From: Candidatus Heimdallarchaeota archaeon
GTDB taxonomy: Archaea > Asgardarchaeota > Wukongarchaeia > Wukongarchaeales > JBHIFL01
Assembly (NCBI GenBank): GCA_046761065.1
Contig: JBHIFL010000001.1
Coordinates: 72,716-92,715 of the forward strand
Reading direction: 5' to 3'
DNA length: 20,000 nt
The translations under genes and the position numbers were made by a program. Each line of letters opens with the position of its first letter. Positions within the stretch are counted from its first letter, which is position 1. Shown in pieces: positions 17,314-20,000 of the stretch. The notes under the pieces were generated by a model that worked only from the letters and a program-made list of their open reading frames with translations, was not told where the DNA came from and did no database searches.

Positions 17314-17537
17314 TCTCCAGTCTCTCCAAATTAAATAAAATACCGAGATGTTTAGACATAAATGTTAGGGTACTCACGGATTATCTGAAGGTTCACTATG
17401 TAGACTTCCTTTGGTGGATTCTACAGTTTATTTTGCATTTCTGTTCTTACTTCCCTCAAGATTGCTCTTTATTATCACTTTTCTGAGATGTCACGAGGGT
17501 TCCTTCCCCCTGATCATGTTTAACGCTTTCTCTTTGT

Positions 17538-17984
17538 TTATTCATCAAAAAGTATTTGGATATCACCTGTTAGATCCCGAGTGGCCTTCTCGAAGATTTC
17601 CGCCACACGGTGTGCATACTTCCGTAAGACCCGAATGGCTAACCCAAGTGAACGAGATTCGCGACTGGCACCAATCAAGATGAACCGTCCCGCATTGGCC
17701 AAGATGGTATAACCGGTTTCCCCACGTACCATGACTTCCCACATTTCGGGGCCATGATCCATACGTGAGACTACCATCTCACCAGTACTTAAGACCGCAG
17801 CGGCTATTGCTGCAAAGAGATCAGGATCTGCATCTGTTTCGGTAAAAAAAGCAACTCGTACACCTTCGCGGGTAACCAAAGCGAGAGCATCCATATCGCA
17901 GTATTTAACGATCTCCTGTAAAAGTTGATAAAGTTCTGTTTTTTGTTCAGCAGTAAGAGCAAATTCTCCAGCTAATTCGTTCAC
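17538..17984 (-). CDS. Roadblock/LC7 (MglB-like) domain protein
   Basis: About 148 aa. ALALVTREGVRVAFF ... AAAVLSTGEMV ... GYTILANAGRFILIGASRE pattern is characteristic of the Roadblock/LC7 fold. GTG start. Confidence 0.72.
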   Translation of the reverse strand: MNELAGEFALTAEQKTELYQLLQEIVKYCDMDALALVTREGVRVAFFTETDADPDLFAAIAAAVLSTGEMVVSRMDHGPEMWEVMVRGETGYTILANAGRFILIGASRESRSLGLAIRVLRKYAHRVAEIFEKATRDLTGDIQILFDE

Positions 17985-18211
17985 CTTCTATTGTAGATAA
18001 TGTCGCTTACAAAACAAAAAAGGGTTTTCATTAAAGTTTTTATAGAGGTGGTTGCAGGCAGGAGGATTTGTTTGGGTTATGTCTAAAAGAATTACCTGTG
18101 AATCATTCTTACTAAGACCAAACTATGGACCCCAAAACGTGCCATTTTCTATGGTATGCAAAGAATATAAATATATGATGAGGTGGGGGAGGAGACTCTC
18201 GTTGGACAATT

Positions 18212-19696
18212 TTAATAGGACCTTGCAAAACGCATTATTGTTATAGCCCTTTTACCACAAGCAAAACAGACTCCTTCTACATCTTCAAAGTTCTGTAGGT
18301 CCTCTGGGGTCCCAAGAACGGAACCTGTTAATTCTTCTTCCAGAAATTTCCCACATTCCTCTAACCCACACCATGGAAGTTCTACCACGCCGATACGCTG
18401 CCCAACTACTTCTTTTGCTTCTTCAAGTGTTTTAACACGATAAATACGACTTTGTAGGAATTTTGCTTCTCGCTGCTTGATATCTCGAGTCAATCGAACG
18501 AGAAGATCTGTAATTCGAGTCGTTGCTTCAAGTCGGGGGACGATTTCACGTTTAAGGGTGTCCCGACGGACTAAAGTAACTGAGTTTGTTTCAAGATCCG
18601 TTGGTCCAACTTCAACCCGAACAGGTACGCCTCTCATCTCCCAAAAGAAAAATTTGGCCCCAGGGGTTTTTTCGGACCTATCTACCGTGACCCGAATGTT
18701 TTCGTGTTCCAACTCCTTCATTAATTCGTCACAAACCTTATTGATCTCTTGTTCTAGGCTTGCAAATGGAATAGGGATAATAATTACCTGAATTGGGGCA
18801 ACCTTTGGAGGGAATACAAGACCGTGATCATCTCCATGAACGATAAGGGTTGCTGCGATACATCGTTCGGAGATCCCATAACAGCTTTGATAGGCCCATT
18901 GTGATTTTCCATCTCTGGTCTCAAATTTAATGTCAAAAGCTTTGGCGAAATTCGTTCCCAGATTATGGACTGTTCCAATCTGGAGAGTTCGACCATCTGG
19001 TAGAATTGTATCAAATGCAATTGAGTATTCTGCACCCGCAAATTTATCCCATTCTGGACGACGAGTGATCAGATAGGGGATACCCAACTCGTCGAAAAAC
19101 CTCGCATAGATCCCTACCGCCTCTTGGATTTGCTGTTCTAGCTCTTCATACGAGGCATGGACGGTGTGAGCTTCTTTAAAGCTGGTTAACTCCCGGACAC
19201 GTAGTAACGGACGGGTATGTTTAGTTTCATATCGAAACGTGGATACGACCTGATAGAGTTTCAAAGGAAGATCTGCATGGCTCCGCACCCATAAATGATA
19301 CATGGGGTAGATTGAGGTCTCTGAAGTGGGGCGTAACACAAGGGGGACTTCAAGCTCATCAGTACCTCCTCGAGTGACCCAATAAACTTGCTTTTCAAAA
19401 CCCCGGATATGTTGAGCTTCCTTGAGAAATTCGGCTTCCGGGATCAGCAGTGGAAATAAAGCTTCGTCATGGCCGGTCTGATCATGCAGAGTGCGTAAGA
19501 TCTCATACGTGTATTTCCGCAACTTAAACCCAAAAGGCCGCCAGACTCCTGCGCCTTTTAACGGATATCTAAAATCAACAATTTCAGCATCATCTAGGAT
19601 TTTATCAAACCATTCGGAGAAGTTTCTTGCCCATTCGTCTCGTGTTGGGGATTTTTGCTGTTCTTCGGCTTGCTGCTCGTTACGGTCACTTGTCAT
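18212..19696 (-). CDS. proS: Prolyl-tRNA synthetase, archaeal/eukaryal type
   Basis: Class II motifs (LRPTSETSIYPMY, FRYE..TRPLLRVREF-like, GTVHNLG). C-terminal zinc-binding domain with CG..C..CFACGK, ending in the terminal ...ARSY typical of this ProRS type. Confidence 0.9.
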   Translation of the reverse strand: MTSDRNEQQAEEQQKSPTRDEWARNFSEWFDKILDDAEIVDFRYPLKGAGVWRPFGFKLRKYTYEILRTLHDQTGHDEALFPLLIPEAEFLKEAQHIRGFEKQVYWVTRGGTDELEVPLVLRPTSETSIYPMYHLWVRSHADLPLKLYQVVSTFRYETKHTRPLLRVRELTSFKEAHTVHASYEELEQQIQEAVGIYARFFDELGIPYLITRRPEWDKFAGAEYSIAFDTILPDGRTLQIGTVHNLGTNFAKAFDIKFETRDGKSQWAYQSCYGISERCIAATLIVHGDDHGLVFPPKVAPIQVIIIPIPFASLEQEINKVCDELMKELEHENIRVTVDRSEKTPGAKFFFWEMRGVPVRVEVGPTDLETNSVTLVRRDTLKREIVPRLEATTRITDLLVRLTRDIKQREAKFLQSRIYRVKTLEEAKEVVGQRIGVVELPWCGLEECGKFLEEELTGSVLGTPEDLQNFEDVEGVCFACGKRAITIMRFARSY

Positions 19697-19853
19697 GTTT
19701 AAACCACCGCAATTGGATGAAATTCGTTCTGCAAATGAATTCTAGATTGTTTCTCTTTTGCTTGTTTTAAACTCATTTTTTTTATGTAAAAAAATTCTTT
19801 TAAAGCTCACCTTCAAAACTCTTTATGAAAAACGTGATTGGCGGATCAATCCA

Positions 19854-20000
19854 ATGCGAGCTTTGCTTATTATTGCAGATGGCATGGGAGATCGCCTTAT
19901 CCCCGAATTAGGTGATGGAGAAATAGGTAAAACACCTCTTGAGGCCACAGAGACTCCATCTCTAGATGAATTGGCTCGAAGAGGGATTAATGGGCTGGTT
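19854..20000 (+). CDS. apgM: 2,3-bisphosphoglycerate-independent phosphoglycerate mutase, archaeal form (5' partial, runs off window)
   Basis: MRALLIIADGMGDRLIPELG...KTPLEATETPSLDELARRGINGL matches the ApgM N-terminus (xxIIDGLGDRP...KTPLEAAxTPxxDxLAxxG). Confidence 0.7.
   Translation, partial: MRALLIIADGMGDRLIPELGDGEIGKTPLEATETPSLDELARRGINGLV

Overview
This is an archaeal chromosomal segment with AT-rich intergenic DNA and GGAGG-type Shine-Dalgarno sites. It is mostly housekeeping genes. Archaeal markers: DnaG-type Toprim protein, proteasome beta subunit, ribosomal protein eS26, Nog1-like GTPase, archaeal/eukaryal-type TrpRS and ProRS, RtcA, archaeal PPAT, ApgM, and a Roadblock/LC7 protein. 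Other genes: Fno/NpdG, a bacterial-type class I GAPDH, a peptide deformylase homolog, an M50 site-2 protease with CBS domains, and a thioredoxin-reductase-like flavoprotein.

The two most interesting signals are RNA genes that the ORF track cannot explain.

1. At 10737-10895 (+) every canonical 5S rRNA element is present, but in circularly permuted order: 3' half, then helix I closed by a 5-nt loop, then 5' half. A 12-bp leader/trailer stem brackets it and continues into a bulge-helix-bulge-like motif. This suggests splicing-endonuclease cutting and circularisation.
2. At about 6272-6624 (+) a GC-enriched island of roughly 350 nt sits in a 650-bp ORF-free gap. It folds into a 17-position closing stem plus several hairpins, and its G.U pairs exist only on the plus strand. 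I found none of the SRP RNA or RNase P RNA signature motifs I checked for.

Secondary observations:
- a proteasome beta subunit with the catalytic Thr1 replaced by Ala;
- a TrxR-like enzyme that keeps CxxC but lacks the NADPH-binding motifs;
- a TrpRS with a C-x23-C-x6-C-x2-C motif;
- ORF-free regulatory regions containing repeats and palindromes.

No CRISPR array, mobile element or tRNA was seen. All calls come from reading the sequence and translations by eye; no database search was run.
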